Both the position numbers and the translations under genes were made by a program. This document shows positions 22,814 through 35,975 of a stretch of 64,000 nucleotides of DNA, one piece after another. Location: NCBI GenBank assembly GCA_964252075.1, contig CAXULY010000007.1, positions 1 to 64,000 of the forward strand, in the 5' to 3' direction. Each line of letters opens with the position of its first letter. Position 1 is the stretch's first letter. The DNA is from an uncultured Deinococcaceae bacterium. GTDB taxonomy: Bacteria; Deinococcota; Deinococci; Deinococcales; Deinococcaceae. Below the pieces are notes generated by a model. It did no database searches, was not told the DNA's origin, and worked only from the letters and a program-made list of their open reading frames with translations.

Positions 22814-24421
22814 GTGCGCTCCCCCTGGCCCCGCAACCTCGTGACCCGTCTGGAAAGCTCACGGCTGGTGGCCTACAGTCTGGTGGCGGGCGCCCTGGTG
22901 GGCGTGGCGGGCCTGATGCTGCGCTGGGCGCTGGGGTGGCTCGCGGAGGGCGCCTACCGCGTGATCGGGTACCGCCCACCCGGCACGCCCGGTGAGGGCG
23001 GACTCATGATGAGTTTCGGCGCGCTCGTCCCGTGGGGCCTGGGCGCGCTCGTCGCGGCGGCGCTGCTGGTGTCGCTGTTCGGGGGCCGCCAGCGCGATCC
23101 CCTGGAGGACGCCGTCGCGGCGTACCACGGCAGCCAGCCGCCCGAGCAGCCCCTGCCGCTGGCGCGCACGCTGCTGGTGCAGGGCGTGGGGAACGCGGCG
23201 GGCCTGCTGGTGGGCCGCGACGCCCTGTTCGCCCTCGCGGGCGGACTGGTGGCGCGCCTCGGGTGGCGCACCTTGCGTCTGGACGCCGCGGACGCCCAGA
23301 CGCTGGCGCTCGCGTGCGTCGCGGCGGGCCTCGGGCTGGCGCTGCACGCGCCGCTCGCAGCGGCGGTGCTGGTGGCCGAGGCGCTGTACCGCCGATTCGA
23401 ATTCGAGCTGGAGCTGCTGCTGCCCGCCGTGCTGACCAGCATCGCCGCCTACGCGGTGTACGGCAGCGTGTACGGCTTCGCGCCGCTCTTCCAGGTGTCG
23501 GCGTACACCGTCGCGGCGTCCACCTGGGTGGTGTACGCGGGTCTGGCGCTGGCGGTCACGCTGGTCGCGTGGGTGGCGGTGCGCCTCGGCACGCTGAGCG
23601 CCCTCACGCGCGTGACGTGGACGGGCCGGGCGCTCATCGCGCTGGCGTACGGCGCGGCGACCGCCGCGCTCTTCACGCAGGTGCCGGAGGTGCTGGGGGA
23701 CGGCTCAGGCTGGCTGCAGATCGGGCTGTCCGGGTTGGGCGGACCGGAGATGCTGTGGCAGGGCCTGCTGCGCGCGGGCCTGCTGGTGCTGGCGCTGCTG
23801 GGCGGGCTGGGGCAGGGCGTGCTGCCCGCCGTGAGCGCGGGCGGCCTGATCGGCGTGGGCGTCGCGACCCTCTGGCCGGGGCTGCAGCTGGACCCGGCGG
23901 TCGCGGGGCTGGTCGGCGCGGGCGCGTTCCTCACCGTGACGCACAACGCGCCCATCGCGGCGACGCTGCTGGCCGTCACATGGGGCGGGGACGCGCTGCT
24001 GCCCGCCGCGTTCATCGGGACGCTGCTGGCGCACTGGGTGAGCGGCGAGACGAGCCTCCTCACCACGCAGGTGCGCACGCGCGCCGCGAGTGGCGCGCAC
24101 GCGCTGGCGCCCGCCCCGCCCCTCGCGGTCACGCCGCTGCCCAGCCGGGAACAGCAGCCCGACGAGGGCGCTGAGGGTGGCGCCCTGCACCGCCTCCCCT
24201 GCCCGCCCAGTTGGGCCGGGCAGCCCGCCATGGACGTGCGCTGGCCGACCGGCGTGCAGCTGGTGGGCGTGGTGCACCAGGGTGCCGTTCAGGAGGTCGC
24301 GCCGGGCCGCCTGCTGACCGCCGGGGACGAACTGCTGGTGCTGGCCGAGCCGGGCGCCTACCGCCTGCTGGCGGAGGCGCTGCAACTCGGTCCGGTCATG
24401 GCGCAGCCCGCGCGCGCGTGA
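22814..24421 (+). CDS. ClC-family chloride channel-like protein with a C-terminal TrkA-C/RCK-C domain
   Basis: Many TM helices, AAGLGLALHAPLAAAVLVAE, VLGDGSG and HNAPIAA, plus a C-terminal WAGQPAMDVRWPTGVQLVGV..LTAGDELLV domain. Confidence 0.8.
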   Translation: MRSPWPRNLVTRLESSRLVAYSLVAGALVGVAGLMLRWALGWLAEGAYRVIGYRPPGTPGEGGLMMSFGALVPWGLGALVAAALLVSLFGGRQRDPLEDAVAAYHGSQPPEQPLPLARTLLVQGVGNAAGLLVGRDALFALAGGLVARLGWRTLRLDAADAQTLALACVAAGLGLALHAPLAAAVLVAEALYRRFEFELELLLPAVLTSIAAYAVYGSVYGFAPLFQVSAYTVAASTWVVYAGLALAVTLVAWVAVRLGTLSALTRVTWTGRALIALAYGAATAALFTQVPEVLGDGSGWLQIGLSGLGGPEMLWQGLLRAGLLVLALLGGLGQGVLPAVSAGGLIGVGVATLWPGLQLDPAVAGLVGAGAFLTVTHNAPIAATLLAVTWGGDALLPAAFIGTLLAHWVSGETSLLTTQVRTRAASGAHALAPAPPLAVTPLPSREQQPDEGAEGGALHRLPCPPSWAGQPAMDVRWPTGVQLVGVVHQGAVQEVAPGRLLTAGDELLVLAEPGAYRLLAEALQLGPVMAQPARA

Positions 24422-24422
24422 G

Positions 24423-25952
24423 TCAGGGCTTCGGGGTGAGTGTGTACACGGCGCCCGCCTGATCGTCGCTGAGGTACAGGCCGCCGTCCGGCGCGACGGC
24501 GGCGTCCACGGGGCGACCCCAGCGCTGCTTGGCGGCGGCGTTCGTGACGAAGCCCGTCACGAGGTCCTGCTCCGCGCCGAGCGCGCCGCCACTCAGTGGG
24601 AAGAACACGAACTTGTGACCGCTGAAGCTCGTGCGGTTCCACGAGCCGTGCAGGCCCACCACGGCGCCCCCGCGGAAGGCGGCGGGCACCTGGTCGCCCG
24701 CCCAGAAGGTCAGGCCCAGGGGCGCGGCGTGCGCCTGAAGGCCACGCGTGACTTTCGTGAGGGTGGAGCAGTCGAGCTTCGAGTCGTTCGGGTTGCGGGC
24801 GGTGTCCGCGACGTATGGCATGTCGCTCATGCCCGCGTCCGGGTTGGGATTGCAGTACGGCCAGCCGTAATTCGCGCCGGACTGCACCTTGATGAACTCC
24901 TCGGGCGGGTGGTTGTCCACGTAGCCGGGCAGCACCCTGCCGTAATCGTCACTGCCGTCCCCGTCAAAGTCCTTGTGGTCGGGGTAAGGGATGTTGTCTC
25001 GGTTGTTCACGACGACCCACAGGTCGCTGGTGCCGGGCGCGAAGGCGAGGCCCTCGGCGTTGCGGATGCCCTGCGCGAACAGCCGACCGGACGTGGCCGC
25101 CTGGTTGCTGGCGCTGGCCCTGAACACGTAGATCGCGCCGCGTTTCGGCGTGGCGGTCTGGTCCGCGGGGTCCTCGTTCGTGGCGGACGCGATGGACACG
25201 AACAGCTGGTCGCCGGACACCGCGAAGTTCTTCAGTTCGTGCCCGTACGCGCCTTTCAGTTCGGACAGTGAGCTGTCCGGCAGGCCCACCACGAGGGGCT
25301 GCAGCGGGCCAGCGGTGGTGGCGCCGTCCGTGTACGCCGCGCGGCTCACGCGGTTCTTCTCGGAGACGTACAGGTACCCGCCCGCGAGCACCATGTCGTG
25401 CGGTGAGGCGAGGCCAGCCACGAAGGTGCTCACCTGCGGGTCCTGGCCCGCACGGGGGCGCAGCAGCGTGATCTTGCCCGCGCCCGGCTGGGACACCAGC
25501 AGGTCGCCGTTCGGCAGGGTGAGCAGGAAGCGGGCGCCCGGCACGCGCGCGAACACCGCGACGCTGAAGCCACTGGGGATGTTCAGGCGCCGCTCCACAT
25601 CAAACGGCGCGGCCTTCATGCTGCCGGGCACCGCGACCACGCTGTTCAGCAGGTCCGTGCGCGGTGGGGCGGGGGTTGGTGTGGGCGCCGGGTTAGGCGT
25701 TGGGGCCGGTGGGGTGGGCGTGGGTGCGGGGGCCGGTGGTGTCGGCGTGGGCACCGGCGTGGGTGTCGGGGACGCCACGGGCGGCGGGCTGGGCGGCACG
25801 GGGTCCGGCAGCGGCGAGGGGGTGGGGGCGGGGTTGGAGGTTGGGGGCGTTGGGGACGGCGCTGCGCCGCCCTGGTGCTGGTCGCCATCCGCCGAGCAGG
25901 CGACGAGCGAGACCAGCAGCAGGGCGGTCAGGATGTGACGGGCTCCGGGCAT
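24423..25952 (-). CDS. PQQ-dependent sugar/sorbosone dehydrogenase family lipoprotein with a Pro/Thr-rich linker
   Basis: Lipobox LVAC, GIRNAEGLAF, NYGWPYC, HAAPLGLTF, HGSWNR and GRPVDAAVAPDGGLYLSDD. Confidence 0.88.
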   Translation of the reverse strand: MPGARHILTALLLVSLVACSADGDQHQGGAAPSPTPPTSNPAPTPSPLPDPVPPSPPPVASPTPTPVPTPTPPAPAPTPTPPAPTPNPAPTPTPAPPRTDLLNSVVAVPGSMKAAPFDVERRLNIPSGFSVAVFARVPGARFLLTLPNGDLLVSQPGAGKITLLRPRAGQDPQVSTFVAGLASPHDMVLAGGYLYVSEKNRVSRAAYTDGATTAGPLQPLVVGLPDSSLSELKGAYGHELKNFAVSGDQLFVSIASATNEDPADQTATPKRGAIYVFRASASNQAATSGRLFAQGIRNAEGLAFAPGTSDLWVVVNNRDNIPYPDHKDFDGDGSDDYGRVLPGYVDNHPPEEFIKVQSGANYGWPYCNPNPDAGMSDMPYVADTARNPNDSKLDCSTLTKVTRGLQAHAAPLGLTFWAGDQVPAAFRGGAVVGLHGSWNRTSFSGHKFVFFPLSGGALGAEQDLVTGFVTNAAAKQRWGRPVDAAVAPDGGLYLSDDQAGAVYTLTPKP

Positions 25953-26073
25953 GGACCCTCCTTGCCCCCACAGTGCTGGCGCCTCATGAAGGGATCCCGG
26001 CGCTGGAAAAACCCCGCCTTGTCGAAACGCTTAGTGTCGCGCACCCGCGGGCGCACCAGGGCGGGCAGACGGT

Positions 26074-26106
26074 GGGAGGGGCAGGGCGCGTGGCCCTGCC
26101 CCTCCC
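26074..26106 (-). terminator. hairpin downstream of the SBP gene
   Basis: GGGAGGGGCAGGGC-N5-GCCCTGCCCCTCCC. Confidence 0.6.
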
Positions 26107-26118
26107 GTCACACCGCGC

Positions 26119-27261
26119 TCAGCGGCTGACGATGCTGATTTTCTCCACGTCCGGGAGGTAACTCTCCGTGTTGATCTTCATGATGAACAGCGGCGCCTTC
26201 ACGCGGTCCCCCTGGGCGTCCAGCTGAATCTGACCGGTCATGGCGCCGCTGAGGTTCACGTGGCGCACGGCCTGCGCGACCTGCTCGCGGCTGGGCGCCC
26301 GCCCGCCGTTCGCCTTCGCGGCGTTCTCGATGGCGGTCAGCAGCACGTTCATGGCGTCGTACGCGAAGAGGCTGTGGATGGTGGGCGCCTCGCCGAAGGC
26401 GTCCCGGTACCGCTGGGTGAAGCCGCTGGCGCTCGCGAACTTGTTGAGCGGCCCGAAGGTCGTGGTGTAGTACGTGCCGCGCACCGCCGCCTTGCCCGTC
26501 TGGAAGTACTCGGGGGTGTCCAGGCCGTCGCCGCCCGCGAAGGCGGTGTTCACGTTCGCGGCGCGCAGGTCCTTGAGGAGGCCGAGCGCGCCGTCCCACT
26601 GACCGCCGTAGTAGATGAGGTCGGGTTTCTTCGCGGCGATGAGCTTCACGAGGTCGCCGAAACCGCTGCGCTTCACGGTGCTGACCGTGCCCATCACCGT
26701 CAGGCCGTTGGTGGCGGTGGCGGCCCGGAAGTCACCGGCGAGGCCGTCCCCGTACTTCGTGGAGTCACTCACGATGAACACCGTTTTGGCGTTCAGGGTC
26801 TGCGCGGCGTAGGCGGCCATGGCGGCGCCCTGCGCGCCGTTGCGCGCCACCACGCGGTTCACGGTCGGCAATTTGCGGTCCGTAAGTTCGTTGGCGGTGG
26901 AGAGCGGCGAGATCTGCGCGAGCTTCGCGGGCGCCAGCACCTCACTCGCGGCGATGCTCATGCCGGACACGATGGAGCCCATGACGCCCAGCACGCTGGG
27001 GTCCGCGACGGCCTTCTGCGCGTCCGCTTTGGCGAGGTCCGCCTTCATGGCGTCATCCAGGGTGCTGCCGCTGAGGTCGAAGCCGAGGGCCTTCATGGCG
27101 GCCATGTGGTCGCGCATGGCGAGTTCCCCGCCGAGTTTCGTGGAGTTCCCGAGCGTGGAGAGCGGCCCGGACAGCGACGTGATGGTCACGACCTTCACCG
27201 GCGTGAGCGCGGCGGCACTGGAGGCGGCGAGGGCGAGGGCGAGGAGGATCAGTTTACGCAT
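26119..27261 (-). CDS. branched-chain amino acid ABC transporter substrate-binding protein (LivJ/K-like), orphan
   Basis: Signal peptide, SLSGPLSTLG, QISPLSTANELT, RVVARN..QG, YGDGLA, GGDGL and YDA. Confidence 0.88.
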   Translation of the reverse strand: MRKLILLALALAASSAAALTPVKVVTITSLSGPLSTLGNSTKLGGELAMRDHMAAMKALGFDLSGSTLDDAMKADLAKADAQKAVADPSVLGVMGSIVSGMSIAASEVLAPAKLAQISPLSTANELTDRKLPTVNRVVARNGAQGAAMAAYAAQTLNAKTVFIVSDSTKYGDGLAGDFRAATATNGLTVMGTVSTVKRSGFGDLVKLIAAKKPDLIYYGGQWDGALGLLKDLRAANVNTAFAGGDGLDTPEYFQTGKAAVRGTYYTTTFGPLNKFASASGFTQRYRDAFGEAPTIHSLFAYDAMNVLLTAIENAAKANGGRAPSREQVAQAVRHVNLSGAMTGQIQLDAQGDRVKAPLFIMKINTESYLPDVEKISIVSR

Positions 27262-27411
27262 GGGGACTCCGCAGGATGAACGCATGATAAAGAACTGGGA
27301 CCGATGTACCTTCTTTTGCAGTGTGTATAGAAGGCACCCGAGCTGGACTCACCGTTCAGCTTAGGAAGGCAACCCTTGCATTTTTCTTACTGACTGCTCA
27401 TTTTTATGCAC

Positions 27412-27445
27412 AAAAAGGAGGCGGGCGCCCGGCGCCCGCCTCCTT
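27412..27445 (-). terminator. intrinsic terminator of the sugar ABC ATPase gene
   Basis: AAGGAGGCGGGCGCC-C-GGCGCCCGCCTCCTT with an A-run (U-tract on the minus strand). Confidence 0.75.
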
Positions 27446-27459
27446 CACGTGTGTTTCGT

Positions 27460-28608
27460 TCAGTCGTGCGCGGGAACGGCGCCGACCGACTGACCCAGCG
27501 CCCCGGTGGGGGTGCCGCGGTCCAGCGCGTCTTCGGTCTGGTAATCGAAGGCGTGCAGGCGGGTCAGGTCCAGCACCAGTTCCACATCATCGCCGGGGTT
27601 CACGCGGGCGTGGCCCTCGACCTTCGCGGTGAGGGTCTGGCCCCCGACCTCCACGATCAGGTCCGTCTGGGCGCCCAGGGGCTCCACGACCAGCACCTTG
27701 CCGCGCAGGGTGTTGCTGATGCCCGCCGTGCCACCCATGCCGTTCAGCTCCATGTGCTCGGGGCGGATGCCCATCCACACCTGCTTGCCGTCCATGCCGC
27801 GCAGCGACTCCGCGAGGCGGCCCTGCGGCGCGATGGTGGTGCCCGCCACGTCGAACTGCCCGCCGCGCACGGTGGCCGTCACGAAGTTCATGCTGGGGCT
27901 CCCGATGAAACCCGCGACGAACTTGGTGGTGGGGAAGTCGTACAGGTTCAGGGGCGTGTCCACCTGCTGAATCACGCCGTCACGCATCACCACAATGCGG
28001 GAACCCATGGTCATGGCCTCCACCTGGTCGTGCGTCACGTAAATGACGGTCGTCGCCAGGCGGCGGTGCAGCTGCGAGATCTGCGAGCGCATCTCGACGC
28101 GCAGCTTCGCGTCCAGGTTCGAGAGCGGCTCGTCCATGAGGAACACCTTCGGCTCGCGCACGATCGCGCGGCCCAGCGCCACGCGCTGACGCTGACCACC
28201 GGAAAGTTCCTTCGGCTTGCGCTGCAGCAGGTGCTCGATCTGCAGGATCTTCGCGGCGTCACGCACGCGGCGGTCAATGTCTGCCTTGGGGGTCTTGCGC
28301 AGGCGCAGACCGAAGGCCATGTTCTCGTACACGTTCATGTGCGGGTACAGGGCGTAGTTCTGGAAGACCATGGCGATGTCGCGGTCCTTCGGCGGCACGT
28401 CGTTCACGACGCGGTCCCCGATGCGCAGCACACCGTCACTGATCTCCTCCAGGCCCGCAATCATGCGCAGGGTCGTGGACTTCCCGCAGCCTGAGGGCCC
28501 GACGAAGACCATGAATTCCTTGTCCTTGATGTGCAGGTTGAAGTCCTTGACCGCCACGACATTCTTGGCGTAGCGCTTGTAGACGTGTTCCAGAACGACT
28601 TCAGACAT
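27460..28608 (-). CDS. MalK/MsmX-type sugar ABC transporter ATP-binding protein
   Basis: [55 protein letters not shown] and a TOBE C-terminus. Confidence 0.95.
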   Translation of the reverse strand: MSEVVLEHVYKRYAKNVVAVKDFNLHIKDKEFMVFVGPSGCGKSTTLRMIAGLEEISDGVLRIGDRVVNDVPPKDRDIAMVFQNYALYPHMNVYENMAFGLRLRKTPKADIDRRVRDAAKILQIEHLLQRKPKELSGGQRQRVALGRAIVREPKVFLMDEPLSNLDAKLRVEMRSQISQLHRRLATTVIYVTHDQVEAMTMGSRIVVMRDGVIQQVDTPLNLYDFPTTKFVAGFIGSPSMNFVTATVRGGQFDVAGTTIAPQGRLAESLRGMDGKQVWMGIRPEHMELNGMGGTAGISNTLRGKVLVVEPLGAQTDLIVEVGGQTLTAKVEGHARVNPGDDVELVLDLTRLHAFDYQTEDALDRGTPTGALGQSVGAVPAHD

Positions 28609-28743
28609 ATGGACCTCTTCCCCCATCTCTTACCCGTGAGCGTCCTCGGGCAATCGGGGTGCGTGCGTGTGGGCTTGGGCTTCCTCTGTTGCGTTGTCCG
28701 TCGAGGGTGAGTGTACCACGCAGAAAATGAAGGGAAAAAGAGG

Positions 28744-29172
28744 TCAGGTGGACAGGGGCGCCCGGAATGGCCGCACACCGAGGTTCTGCTGGAAGCGCAG
28801 CAGGTACCCGTCCGGGTCGGCCAGCGCGAACTGCCGCACGCCCACCTCGTCCGCCGCGCGGCGGTACCAGCGTTCCTCCATGGGCAGGAACAGCGGCGCG
28901 CCCTGCGTGAGGACAGCGTCATGCAGGGCGTCCACGTCCTGCACCTCGATCTGCAGGTTCAGGCCGCGCCCGAAGGGAGGGCTGAGGGCGCCGTTCACGA
29001 GACGGACGCCCGCGTGCGTGAGCATCAGCTCGGCGCCACCCAGGTCCAGGTACGCGAACTGCTCCTCGGGCCGCTCGTACCGCACCGCGAAGCCCAGCAG
29101 GTGGGTGTAGAAGGTCAGGCTGCGCGGGAAGTCCGAACACGCGAGTTCCGGCACGATGCGGGGCGGCGTCAT
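28744..29172 (-). CDS. VOC family (glyoxalase/bleomycin resistance) protein
   Basis: VPELACSD..RSLTFY..LLGF, PFGRGLNLQI and RQFALADPDGYLLRF. Confidence 0.88.
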   Translation of the reverse strand: MTPPRIVPELACSDFPRSLTFYTHLLGFAVRYERPEEQFAYLDLGGAELMLTHAGVRLVNGALSPPFGRGLNLQIEVQDVDALHDAVLTQGAPLFLPMEERWYRRAADEVGVRQFALADPDGYLLRFQQNLGVRPFRAPLST

Positions 29173-29186
29173 GCACCCCACCATAA

Positions 29187-29229
29187 AGGGAGGGGCGACG
29201 TCCGCCGTCAGGCCGCGCCGCCCCTCCCT
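29187..29229 (-). terminator. secA terminator hairpin
   Basis: AGGGAGGGGCG...CGCCCCTCCCT inverted repeat just after the secA stop. Confidence 0.55.
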
Positions 29230-29242
29230 GCTCCCGCTTCGC

Positions 29243-31852
<2,610 letters not shown>

Positions 31853-32072
31853 GACACTGAAGTATACCGCGAGAACGCCCCCCACCCTGCCTAAGCTGAG
31901 TACGGGGCGCTCAAGGTGTGTGAGTGCAAAAAAGCAGGGTGGGTCCGCCCGCAACCCAGGCGGTCCCAACGACGAAACGCCAGGGTGCCCGGCGGGCCAC
32001 GGTCCCCTCCTCCGCGCCGCGAGGGTGCCATTCACGCAGTCACGCCGCCGCCCGCGCGCTCAGATGGTGGGC

Positions 32073-32549
32073 ATGACTTCCCTCCAGGTGGGCGATCAGG
32101 CGCCCGCGTTCCAGCTGCCGGACGGCGAGGGGCGCACGGTCACCTCAGGCGAACTGCTGGGGCAGCCGCTCGTGCTGTACTTCTACCCGAAGGACGACTC
32201 GCCCGGCTGCACCGCGCAGGCCTGCGCCTTCCGTGACGCCTACCAGGAGTTCATGGACGCGGGCGCGCGCGTGGTCGGCGTGAGCTCCGACCACGGTGAG
32301 GCGCACCGCCAGTTCGCCGAGAAGCACCGCCTGCCCTTCACGCTCCTCAGCGACGCGCGCGGGGAACTGCGCCGCGCCTTCGGGGTGCCCAGCACCCTCG
32401 GCCTGCTGCCCGGCCGCGTCACCTACGTGCTCGACGCGCGCGGCGTGGTCCGTCACATCTTCAACTCGCAGCTGCAGACCACCCGGCACGTGACCGAGGC
32501 GCTGAAGGTCGTGCAGAAGCTGGTGCAGGACCAGGCGCAGCACGCCTGA
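32073..32549 (+). CDS. bcp: BCP/PrxQ peroxiredoxin
   Basis: LYFYPKDDSPGCTAQACAFRD with the CxxxxC motif, and GRVTYVLD. Confidence 0.92.
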   Translation: MTSLQVGDQAPAFQLPDGEGRTVTSGELLGQPLVLYFYPKDDSPGCTAQACAFRDAYQEFMDAGARVVGVSSDHGEAHRQFAEKHRLPFTLLSDARGELRRAFGVPSTLGLLPGRVTYVLDARGVVRHIFNSQLQTTRHVTEALKVVQKLVQDQAQHA

Positions 32550-32562
32550 AGACCCGGCGGAC

Positions 32563-33558
<996 letters not shown>

Positions 33559-33602
33559 GCGCGCGAGTCTAGCAGAGGTGCCGGGGCCGCACCGTGCCGC
33601 GT

Positions 33603-34580
33603 TCAGACTTCCAGCCACGCCAGAAGGTCCGTCATGAGGGCGTCCAGGCCCTTGTACGTCACCTGCTCGGGCGTCATGGAGCGCAGCGCGGCGGCCAGCT
33701 GCGCGCGGCGCTCGGGGTCGCGGACCACGTCCGCGAGGGGGTACACGCAGGGCCGGATGGTGAACAGCGCGCCATGCTGCGCCGCGAAACCCGTGAGGGT
33801 CTGGCGCTCCACGCGCAGGTACGCGCAGTCCGGCGCGAAGCGCGTGCCCGCCGCTCGGTCCTCGCTGGGCGGCGCGGCGGGGTGGTGGTCCAGGCGCGCG
33901 CTCATGCTGACGCCCCACGCGAAGCGCAGGAACGGCCCCTTGTGCAGCACGGCGTCCAGCAGGCGCGGCGCGGTGGCGTTCATGGGGCCGCTGCCCGCCA
34001 CGGGCGCGTGGACCGCCACGAAGTCCCGCCCGATCTTGTCGCGCGGGTCCCAGTGCTGCGGGTTCAGGACGTGCAGGCACGCCAAAAAGTCCCGGCCCGT
34101 GACGGGGTCGCGCGCGATCAGCGAGAAGTCCTCCTGCACGTTCAGGCCCAGCGCGTCCAGGGCGTCCAGCGGCGTCACGTCCGCCACGAGGTGCGCGAGT
34201 GGCGCGTCGAAGCGCGAGACGCCCTCCAGCGAGCCGCGCGCAAGGTCCAGATCGAGGCGCCACCCCAGCCAGGGGTTCGCGAGCGTCCGCCCGTCCCACG
34301 TGATCGCGCCACCGCTGTCCGGCGCGAGGCGACCCAGGGCGAAGGTGAGCGCCGCCTCCCGCAGGGCGGGACTCAGGGCAGCCTGCAGGTACGTCTCGTA
34401 TAGGCCCCGAGCGCGCGCCGCCACCTTGCTCTCCACGAAGCGCCCGTACTCCCGGTCGAAGGCGAAGGTGTGCCCCTCCACCCGCCCGTGCACGGGCTGC
34501 ACGCCCAGACGGAACAGGCCCGCGCCCACCGTGTACCGCCCGCCCTCGAACGGGAAATACCGCGCGGGCTCACCCCGCAC
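33603..34580 (-). CDS. DUF3445 / heme-dependent oxidative N-demethylase alpha subunit-like protein
   Basis: VQEDFSLI, PQHWDPRDKIGRDFVAVHAPV, RFAWG and LRVERQTL..F...LFTIR. Confidence 0.8.
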   Translation of the reverse strand: MRGEPARYFPFEGGRYTVGAGLFRLGVQPVHGRVEGHTFAFDREYGRFVESKVAARARGLYETYLQAALSPALREAALTFALGRLAPDSGGAITWDGRTLANPWLGWRLDLDLARGSLEGVSRFDAPLAHLVADVTPLDALDALGLNVQEDFSLIARDPVTGRDFLACLHVLNPQHWDPRDKIGRDFVAVHAPVAGSGPMNATAPRLLDAVLHKGPFLRFAWGVSMSARLDHHPAAPPSEDRAAGTRFAPDCAYLRVERQTLTGFAAQHGALFTIRPCVYPLADVVRDPERRAQLAAALRSMTPEQVTYKGLDALMTDLLAWLEV

Positions 34581-34582
34581 GC

Positions 34583-35410
34583 TCAGCCCTGCGTGTTCTG
34601 GATGACGCCCGCGCCGACCAGCACCAGAATCAGGACGCCCACGATCACGCGGTACACCGCGAAGCCCTTGAAGTCGTGGCTGCTCACGAAGCGCAGCAGC
34701 CACCCGATCACGAAATACGCCACCACGAAACTCACCACGAAGCCAATCAGCACCGTGCCGAGCCCCGCCTGCGCCAGCACCTTGTAGTGCTTCAGGAAGT
34801 CGTACAGCGTCGCGAGGCCCAGCGTGGGAATCGAGAGGTAGAAGCTGAATTTCGTGGCGGTCGGGCGGTCCATGCCCGTCACGAGGCCCCCCAGGATGGT
34901 GCTCGCGCTGCGCGAGAAGCCCGGCCACACCAGCGCCAGGATCTGCGCGAGGCCCGTGAAGAACGCCTGCGAGAGGCGCACCTCGCCCAGCTCATGCGTG
35001 CGCGGGCGGCGCGGCATCAGTTCAATCACGTACATCAGCACGCCGCCCACGATCAGCGCCCACGCCACCACCGAAGGCCGGAACAGCGCCGCCTGGATCT
35101 TGCTGCCGAACAGGAAGCCCAGGATGCCCGCCGGAATGAAGGCCAGCACGATGCCCAACCACAGGCGCTGCGTGTCCCGGTCGCGCCCGATGGAGCGCGC
35201 CTGGCCCAGCAGGTCCCGCCAGTAGTACACGATCACCGCCAGGATCGCGCCGCCCTGAATGACGACGTTGAAGGTGTCCATCACTTCCTTGGACCAGGCG
35301 GGCTTGAGCAGGTCGGAAGCCACGATGAGGTGACCCGTTGAGGAGATGGGCAGGAACTCGGTCACACCCTCGACCACGCCCAGAATGATGCTGTTCAGCC
35401 AGTCCGCCAT
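34583..35410 (-). CDS. uppP: undecaprenyl-diphosphate phosphatase
   Basis: GVVEGVTEFLPISSTGHL, IQGGAILAV, PGFSRSASTI and FSFYLSIP. Confidence 0.96.
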   Translation of the reverse strand: MADWLNSIILGVVEGVTEFLPISSTGHLIVASDLLKPAWSKEVMDTFNVVIQGGAILAVIVYYWRDLLGQARSIGRDRDTQRLWLGIVLAFIPAGILGFLFGSKIQAALFRPSVVAWALIVGGVLMYVIELMPRRPRTHELGEVRLSQAFFTGLAQILALVWPGFSRSASTILGGLVTGMDRPTATKFSFYLSIPTLGLATLYDFLKHYKVLAQAGLGTVLIGFVVSFVVAYFVIGWLLRFVSSHDFKGFAVYRVIVGVLILVLVGAGVIQNTQG

Positions 35411-35480
35411 ATCCCCGGTAGCCTACCGGAAAAGATGAACGCCAGCAGGACACGCTGCGCGCAGGTGGTAGGGTCAGGGC

Positions 35481-35975
35481 ATGAGCGTCAAGGAGCACTT
35501 CGCAGAATTCGAGTGGAGCGCCGTCATGCTCGGGCCCGGCCGCGCCGGGCTGGCCGTGGTGGCCGCCGCCCCCTCCGGCATCACGGGCGTCCTCGCGGAA
35601 CTCGGCGCGATGGGGCAGGTCATCCGCGACCTCGTCGCGCGCCAGCCCAAGACGCCCCTCCTGCAGGCCATCAGTGACGACCTGCAGCAGCACGCCACGC
35701 CCGCCGACACCGGCGCGCGCGCCCAGGGCCGCAACTTCACGGAGGTGCGCGACGAGGCGCTGCAGGGCGTGCGGCAGGCCATGTGGCTCGTGCACGCCAA
35801 GAGCACCCCGGAGGACGTGCGGGCCTACGGTGACCTGCTGCTCGACATCGCGCGCCGGACGGCCGAGGCCGCCAGGGAAGGCGGCTTCCTGGGGTTCGGC
35901 GGCGAACAGGTCAACGACGCGGAACGCGCCACCATCGCGGACATCGAGGCGCTCGTCAGGCCGGAGCCGAGCTGA
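35481..35975 (+). CDS. conserved hypothetical protein, possibly TerB-like
   Basis: Good codon bias and a C-terminal AAREGGFLGFGGEQVNDAERATI motif. TAGGGT lies 6 nt before the ATG. Confidence 0.7.
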   Translation: MSVKEHFAEFEWSAVMLGPGRAGLAVVAAAPSGITGVLAELGAMGQVIRDLVARQPKTPLLQAISDDLQQHATPADTGARAQGRNFTEVRDEALQGVRQAMWLVHAKSTPEDVRAYGDLLLDIARRTAEAAREGGFLGFGGEQVNDAERATIADIEALVRPEPS

